64,000 nucleotides of DNA from Pyrinomonadaceae bacterium. GTDB taxonomy: Bacteria; Acidobacteriota; Blastocatellia; Pyrinomonadales; Pyrinomonadaceae. Below the pieces are notes generated by a model. It saw only the letters and a program-made list of their open reading frames with translations. It made no database searches and was not told the DNA's origin. Numbering within the stretch: the first letter of the stretch is position 1; each line of letters opens with the position of its first letter. The position numbers and the translations under genes are program-made. Shown in pieces: positions 12,613-22,385 of the stretch. Location of the stretch: assembly GCA_046313635.1 (NCBI GenBank), contig JBKBYA010000002.1:497904-561903 (forward strand). Reading direction: 5' to 3'.

Positions 12613-14253
12613 TTGCGCAAAATTCTCATCTCATTCGTACTCGCAGCCCTCGCTCTCTCACTTGCCTGCCGCCGCAACGCGACAAGCAGCGACACCGTCA
12701 CGATCGCCTTGCCCGACAAGTTCACCACGCTCGACACGCTGACATCGACCGGGTCTGACGCCGCCGCCGAGCGCCTGCGGACGATGATATTCAACACGCT
12801 GGTCCGCAAGAACGAGAACTTTGAATACGTCGGCGAGCTCGCGCAGGAGATACAGACGTCGGCCGATAACAAGACGATCACATTCGTGCTGCACGACAAC
12901 GTGAAGTTTCACAACGGCAAGCCGTTCACGTCGGCTGACGTGAAGTACACGTTTGACGAGCTCTTCAAGAGCGGCGGCTACAAGTCGGGAGCGTTCTTTG
13001 ATACGGTCCCCGCCGCCTCGAAGCCGACGGCTCCGCCGGCCGCGGCTGCCTCATCGACGCCCGCGAATGGAGCGGCAAAACCAGCCGAGTCGCCCGCTGC
13101 GACCCGCGTCGCGCACATCGAGTCGATCACGACGCCCGATGCTAGAACGGTCGTCTTCGTCGTCAGCCGACCCGCGTTAAAGAATCAACTGCTTTCAAAC
13201 CTTGTCGCGATCCCGATCATCGCCGAGGGCACGGCCGCACAGCAAAAGGAGCAGCCGGTCGGGACCGGGCCGTACAAATTCACGAGCTTTGACCAGTCGC
13301 AGAATATCGTCGAGCTCGCCGCCAACGGCGATTATTGGGAAGGCGCTCCCAAGGTCGCAAAGATCCGCGTCAAGACCGTCACCGACGCCAACTCGCTTGC
13401 GGCCGAACTGCAGACAGGCGGTGTCGATATCGCGCCGAACCCGTCAAACCTGCCGCCCGACAGCATCAAGTCTCTGACCTCAAATCCTGACCTGAAGCTC
13501 GAGCAGTCGGACGGCTCTAACATTCAGTATCTCGTCTTTAACACGCAGTCCGCGCCGCTCGACAAGGTCAAGATCAGGCAGGCCATCGCCTACGGCGTCG
13601 ACCGGCAAAAGATAATCAACGAGCTCCTCTCGGGCCAGGCCAAAGCCGCGGATTCGATATTGCCGGCACAGTCTTGGGCTTACGCCCCGGGCCGCACATA
13701 TTCGTACGATCCCGCAAAGGCCCGTCAGCTGCTCGCCGAAGCGGGCTACAAGGGCGAACCGATCAAATTCAAATACGGCTCCGGCAATGCGATGGTGAAT
13801 CAGTATTCGCAGGCGATCCAGAGCTCTCTCGCGGCGGTCGGTCTCAACGTCCAGATCGAGACGCTCGAGGTCAACACCATCCGCCAGCAGCTCGCTCAGG
13901 GCGATTTCCAAATGTACACGGGCGTGTGGATCGGCGGCAATCAGGACCCGATCTTCCTCCGCGATCTCTTTAGCTCGTCGAGGATCCCAGGCGGGGCCGT
14001 GAGCTGCTGCAACCGCAGCCGGTACGTAAATGCGCAGGTCGACAAGCTTGTCGATGAAGCGATCAACGCCGCCGACCGCGAGCAGGCCAAGGCACTCTAC
14101 GGCCAGGTCTGGCAGATCGTCAGCGAAGAGGTTCCGCTGCTGCCCCTTTGGTACCCGAACAACATCGTCATCGCCAACAAGCGGGTCGGCAATATCAAGA
14201 TCGGCCCGAGCGGCGACTGGAGCTTTGTAAAGGACATGACGCTGACGAATTAA
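12613..14253 (+). CDS. ABC transporter peptide/nickel substrate-binding lipoprotein (SBP family 5)
   Basis: Lipobox LSLAC, VKFHNGKPFTSADVKYT, GTGPYKF, IRQAIAYGVDR; TTG start inferred. Confidence 0.9.
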   Translation: MRKILISFVLAALALSLACRRNATSSDTVTIALPDKFTTLDTLTSTGSDAAAERLRTMIFNTLVRKNENFEYVGELAQEIQTSADNKTITFVLHDNVKFHNGKPFTSADVKYTFDELFKSGGYKSGAFFDTVPAASKPTAPPAAAASSTPANGAAKPAESPAATRVAHIESITTPDARTVVFVVSRPALKNQLLSNLVAIPIIAEGTAAQQKEQPVGTGPYKFTSFDQSQNIVELAANGDYWEGAPKVAKIRVKTVTDANSLAAELQTGGVDIAPNPSNLPPDSIKSLTSNPDLKLEQSDGSNIQYLVFNTQSAPLDKVKIRQAIAYGVDRQKIINELLSGQAKAADSILPAQSWAYAPGRTYSYDPAKARQLLAEAGYKGEPIKFKYGSGNAMVNQYSQAIQSSLAAVGLNVQIETLEVNTIRQQLAQGDFQMYTGVWIGGNQDPIFLRDLFSSSRIPGGAVSCCNRSRYVNAQVDKLVDEAINAADREQAKALYGQVWQIVSEEVPLLPLWYPNNIVIANKRVGNIKIGPSGDWSFVKDMTLTN

Positions 14254-14314
14254 CTGCGTGAAACGCGCTCGACCGAGGCCGTTTCGGCCGTGGCGAACAC
14301 GTTTTTTGGGTTAC

Positions 14315-14342
14315 TTGACAATCGATCTTCGGCGTGTAGAAT
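14315..14342 (+). promoter_or_regulatory. Sigma70-type promoter of the tRNA operon
   Basis: TTGACA (14315-14320), 16-nt spacer, TAGAAT (14337-14342), 13 nt before tRNA-Gly. Confidence 0.75.
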
Positions 14343-14355
14343 TACACTTTGCGAC

Positions 14356-14431
<76 letters not shown>

Positions 14432-14437
14432 AGCTTC

Positions 14438-14487
14438 AAAGGCTAAAGGATAAAAGTTTCGCCTTTATCCTTTAGCCTTTATCCTTT
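14438..14487. repeat. Inverted heptamer (AAAGGMT) tandem repeat hairpin in the tRNA spacer
   Basis: AAAGGCTAAAGGATAAAAG pairs with CCTTTATCCTTTAGCCTTT (18/19), plus one extra ATCCTTT unit. Confidence 0.85.
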
Positions 14488-14495
14488 CGACAGAC

Positions 14496-14570
<75 letters not shown>

Positions 14571-14647
14571 ACTTCTTCACATTAGACAAATAAGGTTCGG
14601 CCCGCCGCGACGCGTCAGTCGCGAGCACAGGCTCGGCGGCCGAGGCA

Positions 14648-14995
14648 TCACTCGCTTTCGGCGGCCTCGCCTGCGTTGAGGATCTCGCGCACCTTTTTGA
14701 CGAGAGCCCGGGTCGAGTACGGCTTATGCAGAAAGCTTGTGCCGGCGTCGAGCATTCCCTGCCGGAAGACGGCGTCGTCGGTGTAGCCGCTCGAAAAGAG
14801 GACCTTCAGGCCGGGCAGCCGAGCCGATAAGGCCGCTGCCAGTTCGGGCCCGGTCGAGCCGGGCATAACGACATCGGTAAAGAGCAGATCGATGTGTCCG
14901 CATTCTGCCGCGATCGCCTGAGCCTCGGCTGCGTCAGCGGCAGACAGGGTCTTGTAGCCCCTCGCCCTCAGCGTATCGACCGCAAACTCGCGAAC
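14648..14995 (-). pseudogene. Truncated receiver domain (C-terminal REC of a hybrid kinase)
   Basis: Frame reads VREFAVDTLRARGY...DLLFTDVVMPGSTGPEL...LFSSGYTDD...FLHKPY; in-frame TAG just upstream, no start codon and no acidic-pocket N-terminus. Confidence 0.7.
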
Positions 14996-15582
14996 TCGTC
15001 TGAACCTGTAGCAGAGCTACCGCTTCCACTCGGGCGAGAAATAAACCTCGTTGGTCGATAAATCCCAGTCCCACAGGCCTATGTTGGATCTCACATCGCG
15101 TCGCCTGACTACCACTCGGACGGCGCTTGCCTAGACCTTTTTGCCGTCGGTGCGGCGGGTCGGCATCGGTCATCTTAAAGCCAAATCGCGGCGGAACCGG
15201 CGTGCCGGGCGTCCCCTAAAAATGTGCAGCCGGGCAGATCACAGGAAGTCTCGATCGATGCTCTAAAAACGTCCGGAAAGTTGCCGGACCACGGGGCTCA
15301 AAGACCGGGACTATTGGGTGTGACGCATCGCCTACACGCTATACCCGATAGAAGATCGAGTCAAGCACCCTCTCGGCGGCCGAGGCGGTCGCATTTGAAG
15401 TCGCCCGCGTCTTGCGGCGCCGGCGTCCAACGTTTTGCCGGGCGCGGGCCGTCAAAGGTTTGATCATCGGCCGCGAAACTTCGCCTTGCGATAGGTCGAA
15501 GATGAACGTCCTGCGTTCAGCGAGCTGCGGTCCGGCTCCTCATCCTGGGCCCGATGTTTGTGATAACCTCTCACAAAAACTA

Positions 15583-16275
15583 ATGCGAATAAGATCTTTC
15601 GAATCGAAACTTTGCCGGCCGCGCCGCGTGCCGGCCGGTTGGGTGATCGCCCTAGTGCTCGCTGCCGGAGTCTCTCTATTTGGCCAGACCGCAGACGCGC
15701 CGGTCGTCGTCCAGCCCGGAGCTCCGGGCCAGCCGACGCGGCGGCTGCCCTCGTCGACGACCGCGACGCTCCCGCCGCGTTCGGCCAAGGACGTCGAGTT
15801 CATGCGGGGAATGATCATGCATCACGCACAAGCCGTGGAGATGACGGCCCTGATCGACGCGCGGACCGAGAACAAGGAGCTCCGGCTTTTGGGCTCGCGG
15901 ATCAGCCAGTCGCAGGCCGACGAGATGAACTTTATGAAGCGCTGGCTAGCTGCCCGCGGCGAGCCGCTCTCGGCATCGCGCGTCGCGATGCCCGGCTCGG
16001 GCCCCGGCTCGGACGAACATCCGATGACGATGCCGGGCATGCTGACCAAACAGCAGATGGACGAGCTGCGCGCGGCAAAGGGTGCTGAGTTTGACAAGCT
16101 CTTTTTGAAGGGGATGATCCAGCACCACACGGGAGCTCTGGCGATGGTCAAAGAGCTGTTTGAAACGGCGGGCGCGGGTCAGGACGCCGAGATCTTCAAT
16201 TTTGCGACCGACGTCGACAACGGCCAAAGGGCCGAGATCAAGATCATGCAAACAATGTTGGAAAAGATTCCGTAA
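15583..16275 (+). CDS. DUF305 ferritin-like secreted protein
   Basis: Two MIxHHxxA motifs (MIMHHAQAVEM, MIQHHTGALAM), MPGML, signal-like N-terminus. Confidence 0.85.
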   Translation: MRIRSFESKLCRPRRVPAGWVIALVLAAGVSLFGQTADAPVVVQPGAPGQPTRRLPSSTTATLPPRSAKDVEFMRGMIMHHAQAVEMTALIDARTENKELRLLGSRISQSQADEMNFMKRWLAARGEPLSASRVAMPGSGPGSDEHPMTMPGMLTKQQMDELRAAKGAEFDKLFLKGMIQHHTGALAMVKELFETAGAGQDAEIFNFATDVDNGQRAEIKIMQTMLEKIP

Positions 16276-16283
16276 AAGAAGTG

Positions 16284-18209
16284 ATGATGAACCCAAAACC
16301 TACCTTAGCCGTCCGATCGTTCACGCTTTCGTTGGTCCTTTTTGCGCTTTTGTCCGCGGCCGCCCTCGCGCAGTCGCCGGCTCCGACGCTGCCGCCGGGA
16401 ATGACCGGCCCCGACACCGCCGACCCGCGGGCCAAGCTTTCGCCGGGATTGTACGACGCTGGCGAGGCCGCGATGGGAATGAGGCATCTGCTGCTGATGA
16501 AAAAGCCCGACGCCTTCCAGCTCGGCTCCGACGATCCGGACGACCCGCGTGTGCTCAAGGCGCTCGGAATGATCGGCATCGGCGACGCCGCGGGTATGCC
16601 GAGAGAAGTGCGACTCGTCGTGGCGGGCCTCGCCTTCTCCAATTCGGACCTTGCGTTCCAGGGCAGCAGATTGTTTCAGGGAAATTTTTACGGCGTAAAC
16701 ATTTATGACATCTCTGACCCAGCAAAGACTCGCCTGCTCACCTCGGTGGTCTGCCCGGGCGGGCAGGGCGATGTGTCGGTCTATAAGAACTTGATGTTCA
16801 TGTCGGTCGAGATGCCGAATGGCCGCCTCGACTGCGGGACGCAGGGCTTCGCACCGGAGCCGCCGCCCGCCAACGGCCAGCCGGCGATGCCAAAGGCCGA
16901 GAAGGACCGCTTCCGCGGCGTCCGCATCTTCGACATCAGCGACATTCGCAACCCGAAGCAGGTCGGCGCCGTCCAGACCTGCCGCGGCTCGCACACGCAC
17001 ACGCTGCTCGTCGATCCCAAGGACAAGGAGAATGTTTATATCTACGTCTCCGGGACGTCATTCGTGAGGCCCGCCGAGGAGCTCGCCGGCTGCTCCGCCG
17101 AGGAGCCGAGCAAAGACCCGAACACGGCGCTTTTCCGCATCGAGGTGATCAAGGTGCCGCTCAAGGCGCCGCACGACGCAAAGATCGTCTCGAGCCCGCG
17201 GGTCTTTATGGACACGCGTTCCGGCGCGATCGCCGGACTCTCGAGCGCGGCGACGCACGGCGTCGGCAAGCCGACCCCGACCGACCAGTGCCACGACATC
17301 ACCGTTTACCCGGCTATCGGACTTGCCGCCGGCGCGTGTGAAGGCAACGGCATCCTGCTGGACATAAGCGACCCGGTCAACCCGAAACGCATCGACGCGG
17401 TCAACGACCCGAATTATGCTTACTGGCATTCTGCCGCGTTCTCGAATGACGGCAAAAAGGTCGTCTTTACCGACGAGTGGGGCGGCGGAATGGGCCCGCG
17501 ATGCAGGCCCTATGACCCGATGAAATGGGGAGCCAACGCACTCTTCCGGCTCGGTGCCGACAGAAAGCTCGTCTTCGCCGGCTACTACAAGATGCCCGCC
17601 GCGCAGGGCGAGACCGAGAACTGCGTCGCGCACAACGGCTCGCTCATCCCCGTGCCCGGCCGCGACATAAAAGTGCAGGCCTGGTATCAGGGCGGAATAT
17701 CGGTAATGGATTTTAGCGATCCGGAAGCTCCGGTCGAGATCGCGTATTTCGACCGCGGCCCGATCGACAGCAAACACGTTATCCTCGGCGGATCTTGGTC
17801 GGCCTACTGGTACAACGGCCATATCTACTCGTCCGAGATCGCTCGCGGGCTCGACATCCTTGAGCTGACGCCGACAAAGTTCCTCTCTCAGAACGAGATC
17901 GACGCCGCGCGGGCGGCGCGGGTTGATGAGCTGAACGTCCAAAGCCAACAGCCGCTGAAATGGCCGCGCAAGCTCGTCGTCGCCAAGGCATACATCGATC
18001 AGCTCGAGCGGTCGAGCCAGCTCTCGGCCGACCGAATCGCGGAGCTCAGGTCGGCGATCGAGCGGGCCGAGGCGTCGCGTTTGAGCCGGTCTGACCGTGC
18101 AAGGCTCAAAAAGCTGGCCGATGCCCTCGTTGGCTCACGCAGCTCCGATCCTGCCGCAGGCTCGCGATTGAACGGCCTCGCGGACGTGCTTAGAGATCCG
18201 TCGCTTTGA
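16284..18209 (+). CDS. Secreted LVIVD-repeat beta-propeller protein
   Basis: Signal peptide, repeated xxDISDP, CPGGQGD, CRGSHTH, CHDIT, ENCVAHNG; I recall this family next to DUF305 genes. Confidence 0.8.
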   Translation: MMNPKPTLAVRSFTLSLVLFALLSAAALAQSPAPTLPPGMTGPDTADPRAKLSPGLYDAGEAAMGMRHLLLMKKPDAFQLGSDDPDDPRVLKALGMIGIGDAAGMPREVRLVVAGLAFSNSDLAFQGSRLFQGNFYGVNIYDISDPAKTRLLTSVVCPGGQGDVSVYKNLMFMSVEMPNGRLDCGTQGFAPEPPPANGQPAMPKAEKDRFRGVRIFDISDIRNPKQVGAVQTCRGSHTHTLLVDPKDKENVYIYVSGTSFVRPAEELAGCSAEEPSKDPNTALFRIEVIKVPLKAPHDAKIVSSPRVFMDTRSGAIAGLSSAATHGVGKPTPTDQCHDITVYPAIGLAAGACEGNGILLDISDPVNPKRIDAVNDPNYAYWHSAAFSNDGKKVVFTDEWGGGMGPRCRPYDPMKWGANALFRLGADRKLVFAGYYKMPAAQGETENCVAHNGSLIPVPGRDIKVQAWYQGGISVMDFSDPEAPVEIAYFDRGPIDSKHVILGGSWSAYWYNGHIYSSEIARGLDILELTPTKFLSQNEIDAARAARVDELNVQSQQPLKWPRKLVVAKAYIDQLERSSQLSADRIAELRSAIERAEASRLSRSDRARLKKLADALVGSRSSDPAAGSRLNGLADVLRDPSL

Positions 18210-18262
18210 CGGCAGGGCGGTCAGATCGACGGCGGAATAGACGGCCGTCAAAGACCGTGTTC

Positions 18263-18295
18263 AGGGGCGATCGGTCGTCGATCGCCTCTTTTTTT
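18263..18295 (+). terminator. Rho-independent terminator
   Basis: AGGGGCGATCG-gtcgt-CGATCGCCTCT stem followed by a T run, downstream of the LVIVD gene. Confidence 0.8.
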
Positions 18296-18406
18296 GCCTC
18301 GGAAAGCGCGGTATTTGTCGTCAATTGATGCGAATTGCCGCGCTGGATGTCTCGATTTTTCGCGCTTGCCGCGGCGCAGACCTGCCGTTTGCTCAACGAA
18401 CGTGGT

Positions 18407-18422
18407 CGGCACGCGGCTTGCG
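18407..18422 (+). promoter_or_regulatory. Putative sigma54 (-24/-12) promoter
   Basis: CGGCACGCGGCTTGCG fits GG-N10-GC (YGGCACG-N4-TTGC), about 120 nt upstream of the EAL gene; an NtrC-type activator is encoded nearby. Confidence 0.6.
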
Positions 18423-18540
18423 AGATGAAAATCGGTTATAATCGCTCTGCGATCGAGTAACGACGCACCCTTCATTCACCCTAGTATTTGACGGTCTGCT
18501 GTTGTTGAATCTGCCTGGCAGGCCGGTTGTGTGAACTCCA

Positions 18541-20319
18541 ATGGAAAGACCGCAAATTTTGATAATCGATGATGACGAAGGGGTGCGCAATCTTCTCTGC
18601 GAGCTGCTGACCGCCGAATATGACTGCGGACAGTCTGCGAACGGCGCGGATGCGATGGAGCAGGTCCGACGGCGCTCGTTCGATCTTGCGCTGATCGACA
18701 TCAACCTGGGCACCGCCGACGGGATACAACTCGCCGGCGAGATCGCGCGCGTCTCGCCCGATACGGTCATCGTGATGGTGACCGGCAGTATGGACATCAA
18801 CAGCGCGATCAACTCGATGAGGCTGGGAGCGTTTGATTACATTACCAAGCCCTTTCACCTCGACGTGATCGCCGATACGGTACGCCGGGCGATCGATCGC
18901 GGCAACGAGATACGAGCCAGTCGAAAAGAGAAGCAGCGCCTCTCGGACGATCTCGAACGCATCAGCAGCCGACTCAGATTCATCGAAAGCTTTGACCCGA
19001 TCACACAATTGCCCAATGCGACGCGTTTCGAGACCGAGATCGAGCACGCGCTGAAGCGCGGCGACGCTCTCTCCGTCGTACGCGTGTCGATGCCGCGATT
19101 CGACAACGTGCGCAATACGCTGGGGCAGGCCTGCGCACAGAGCATTCTGATCGACGCCGCGGCGAGGCTGCGTCACGTGCTGGGCGAGGATATCGTCGTT
19201 AGCCGCATCGAAGCGGCGGACTTCGGATTCTTTGTGCGCGGGGGCGCCGACGACGTCGTGCTGAATGTCATCAGCGACCTGCGAGACGCTCTGAACGAGC
19301 CTTTCGTGCTCGAGGGCCATGAGTTCTTTGCGGCGCCGAGGTTTGGGATCGCCAGGGCTTTTGGAATTGAACGTGAGGCAAGGCTGGCGATTGCCGACGC
19401 CGGAGCCGCGCTCGCTTATGCGATCCGCTCGCCGGACAGCGACCACGCATTTTATTCGCCCGAGATGCATCTCGACGACCTTGACCGGTTGGTGCTCGAG
19501 GCGGACCTCTACCGTGCGATAGAGCGCGATGAGTTGAGGCTGGCGTATCAGCCGACTGTGAATGTCTTTGCCGGCGACATTGTCGGCGTCGAAGCTCTCC
19601 TGCGTTGGCGGCGGGGCGGCATCGACGACATTGCTCCGCTGGACTTTATCGGCATCGCCGAAGATAACGGCCTCATACTGGAACTCGGGCAATGGGTCCT
19701 GAGAGAGGCCTGCCGGCAAATGCGCGAGTGGCACGATCAGGGATTGCTGCTGAGAGTCGCGGTCAATATCTCACCGCGGCAGTTCTACGGCCAAGATCTC
19801 GTCGCGATGGTCGATCAGGCGTTCGAGGAGACCGGTGCCGACCCGTCGTATCTGGATATAGAGATCACCGAGTCGATCCTGATGTCAGACCGCAAACGCG
19901 CGGCGGCGATCGTCGAGCGGCTCCGGGCGTTGGGCATATCTGTCGCGATCGACGATTTTGGCACCGGAGCGTCGTCGCTCGAGCAGCTCAAGAATCTGCC
20001 CGCAGACATTCTCAAGATCGACCGATCCTTCATTTCGGACATCGTCGAGAGCAAAGAGTGCTCGGCCGTCGTGACCGCGATCCTTGACCTCGCACATAGA
20101 CTGAACCTCGAGGTGATAGCCGAGGGCGTCGAGACCCAACAGCAGCTCGAGCGTCTTCGGGCCCTGAAGTGCGATAAATGGCAAGGATTTCTGATGAGCC
20201 CGCCGGCGCCGCCTGACGAGATCCCGGCACTTGCCACGTTTGCCGCCGCGGCGGCCGCCGAAGCCCGCGTACCCCACCGCACACCGCATCCGTCATTTAT
20301 CGTGCCGATCAAACGCTAG
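18541..20319 (+). CDS. Response regulator with degenerate GGDEF and EAL domain (c-di-GMP phosphodiesterase)
   Basis: REC (IIDDD, IDI, TKP), GGDEF replaced by EAADF, VEALLRW, EITES, DDFGTG, AEGVE. Confidence 0.9.
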   Translation: MERPQILIIDDDEGVRNLLCELLTAEYDCGQSANGADAMEQVRRRSFDLALIDINLGTADGIQLAGEIARVSPDTVIVMVTGSMDINSAINSMRLGAFDYITKPFHLDVIADTVRRAIDRGNEIRASRKEKQRLSDDLERISSRLRFIESFDPITQLPNATRFETEIEHALKRGDALSVVRVSMPRFDNVRNTLGQACAQSILIDAAARLRHVLGEDIVVSRIEAADFGFFVRGGADDVVLNVISDLRDALNEPFVLEGHEFFAAPRFGIARAFGIEREARLAIADAGAALAYAIRSPDSDHAFYSPEMHLDDLDRLVLEADLYRAIERDELRLAYQPTVNVFAGDIVGVEALLRWRRGGIDDIAPLDFIGIAEDNGLILELGQWVLREACRQMREWHDQGLLLRVAVNISPRQFYGQDLVAMVDQAFEETGADPSYLDIEITESILMSDRKRAAAIVERLRALGISVAIDDFGTGASSLEQLKNLPADILKIDRSFISDIVESKECSAVVTAILDLAHRLNLEVIAEGVETQQQLERLRALKCDKWQGFLMSPPAPPDEIPALATFAAAAAAEARVPHRTPHPSFIVPIKR

Positions 20320-20341
20320 CGAGCGCAGGCACGTCCGAGAG

Positions 20342-20911
20342 TTAGACAAACTCCGACACACGCTCGCGGCAGCTGCGGCATATCCCGTGCGACAGGCCCG
20401 GCAGCACCTCACGCGCCAAAAGTCCCAGATCGCGGACGGCGTCGTCGATCTCGACCCATTGTCCGGTCCTCGGCGTTTGGACGCGTTTGCACCAAGAGCA
20501 GACGATAACTACCCAGTCGCGGGCACGCCGCGCCCCGCGATCGATAAGACTCGCCTCGCGCGGCCGGGGAGCGACGGCGAGTGTCGAGCACTCGAATTCG
20601 ATCTCATCGTCATCGTGCCGCCTGATCGCGAGCCGCAAGAGGCGGCTCACATCCGGTGCGTCACATCGCACATCGAGCTCGACCGTTCGGCCGGCCCGCA
20701 CCCTCGCGAGTATCATCCGATACACTTCGCGTGTCTCGGGATCTGCGATGAAGTCCCAAAGGCTGCGGCCGACCAGGTCGCCGCCGGCGAGCTCCGGGGC
20801 ATCGTTCTCCAGGGCAAACGCCCGCCCCGCTTCATTGACGAATGAAAGGCGGTCGTCTTTGCCGATGCGGTATTTTACGGTGGGCCAGATGTTTTGCCCG
20901 TCAGTATTCAT
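20342..20911 (-). CDS. Hypothetical PAS-like protein with C-terminal CSWC...SHGICxxC metal-binding motif
   Basis: FVNEA...LVGRSLWDFI PAS-like segment; CSWCK and SHGICRSC. Confidence 0.7.
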   Translation of the reverse strand: MNTDGQNIWPTVKYRIGKDDRLSFVNEAGRAFALENDAPELAGGDLVGRSLWDFIADPETREVYRMILARVRAGRTVELDVRCDAPDVSRLLRLAIRRHDDDEIEFECSTLAVAPRPREASLIDRGARRARDWVVIVCSWCKRVQTPRTGQWVEIDDAVRDLGLLAREVLPGLSHGICRSCRERVSEFV

Positions 20912-20926
20912 TTTTTGCAGAGAGGC

Positions 20927-22339
20927 CTATTCTGGGTGCGAGGGAGTATCAAGCCCGGCTCGCCGCAGTATGCGTGTCAGCGTCTTGCGATCGATATCGA
21001 GGATGCGTGCGGCGGCCTGCTTGTTGCCGCCGGTGTGTTCAAGGACCCGGGCCGCATACCGGGCCTCGAGCGCGGCAAGCGTGATCGGGCGAAAGGTATC
21101 GTCCGCGGCGTCGTCGAGAGCTCGTTCGATCTTTCCCGAGTCGGCCGCCGAACGACGCGGCGCCTCGGCGATACGCGGGGGCAGGTGCTCGACCCTTACG
21201 ACGTCGTCGGCGAGAGAGGTCGCGCGCAAGACGGCGTTCTCCAGCTCGCGAACGTTGCCGGGCCAGTCGTAAGCGCACAGCAGGTCCATCGCCTCGGACG
21301 AGAAGGCCACCCCGCCCGGCCGGATGTTCGCGGCAAAAAAGTCGACCAGCAGCGGTATGTCGCCGCGACGTTCACGCAGCGGCGGCAGATTTACCGATAC
21401 GGCGTTCAGCCGGTACATAAGGTCCTGCCTGAACCTGCCGGCTCTCGCCTCCTCTTCGATGTCGCGGTTGGTCGCGGCGATCACCCGCACGTTGACCTTG
21501 ATCGTACGATTCGAGCCGACGCGTCTGATCTCGCCCTCCTGTAGCGCCCGGAGCAGCTTGACCTGAAAAAGCGATCCGGTCTCGGTGATCTCGTCCAAAA
21601 AGATCGTGCCGCCGTCGGCCTCTTCCCACAGTCCCGCCCGATCGCGATCGGCCCCAGTGAAAGAACCCTTGGCGTGACCGAAGAGCTCGGACTCGATCAG
21701 CTCGACCGGGATCGCGCCGCAGTTCACGGCGACGAAGGGCCCGGCGGCGCGCCGGCTGCGCTGGTGTATGGCACGGGCGACGACCTCCTTTCCCGTTCCC
21801 GATTCACCAGCGATCAGGATCGGAAGTTCGGTGCCCGAAACGCGCCCGACCATCTTTAGACACTCGACGAATTCACGGCTTTTACCGATCAGGCGAATGT
21901 CCGAGACGTACCCGACGATCTCTCTTTTCCTCAAATTCCTGGCGGCACTTCGCTTGTCCACTCGCTCTGTCGCCGAACGGGCGATGGAGGCGATCTGATC
22001 TATCGAGAAAGGCTTTAGCAGATAGTCGTAAGCGCCCTTCGCCGTCGCGTCCAGAGCGCCTGCGGCCGATGCGTGGCCGGTCATCAATATGAAGCGGGTC
22101 TCGGGCCGTTCGCGAGAGAATCTGGCTAGTACCTGATAGCCGTCGTTGCCGCCGAGGACCACATCGCAAAAGACGACGTCCCAATCATTGTCGCTCCAGA
22201 GGTGCATCGCCTCTTCGGCGCTCGCCGCCTCGGAGACGTCAAAGCCCTCCGTCCGCAGCACTTCGGCTACGAGAGAACTGACCTGTGCATCGTCGTCGAT
22301 CACCAGCGCGCGGTTCTGGCTCTTAGACCCGGGATCCAT
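20927..22339 (-). CDS. Sigma54-dependent response regulator (NtrC/AtoC family)
   Basis: REC, GESGTGKE, ESELFGHAKGSFTGA, WPGNVREL, Fis-type HTH. Confidence 0.93.
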   Translation of the reverse strand: MDPGSKSQNRALVIDDDAQVSSLVAEVLRTEGFDVSEAASAEEAMHLWSDNDWDVVFCDVVLGGNDGYQVLARFSRERPETRFILMTGHASAAGALDATAKGAYDYLLKPFSIDQIASIARSATERVDKRSAARNLRKREIVGYVSDIRLIGKSREFVECLKMVGRVSGTELPILIAGESGTGKEVVARAIHQRSRRAAGPFVAVNCGAIPVELIESELFGHAKGSFTGADRDRAGLWEEADGGTIFLDEITETGSLFQVKLLRALQEGEIRRVGSNRTIKVNVRVIAATNRDIEEEARAGRFRQDLMYRLNAVSVNLPPLRERRGDIPLLVDFFAANIRPGGVAFSSEAMDLLCAYDWPGNVRELENAVLRATSLADDVVRVEHLPPRIAEAPRRSAADSGKIERALDDAADDTFRPITLAALEARYAARVLEHTGGNKQAAARILDIDRKTLTRILRRAGLDTPSHPE

Positions 22340-22385
22340 AATCGCTGGCGCAATAATGCCTGCAAAACTTGTTTGCGGTCAACGG

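Noticed and set aside
13005..13110. Pro/Ala-rich insert in the ABC binding protein as another REP insertion
   Set aside because: No family-A arm or inverted repeat; ordinary low-complexity linker
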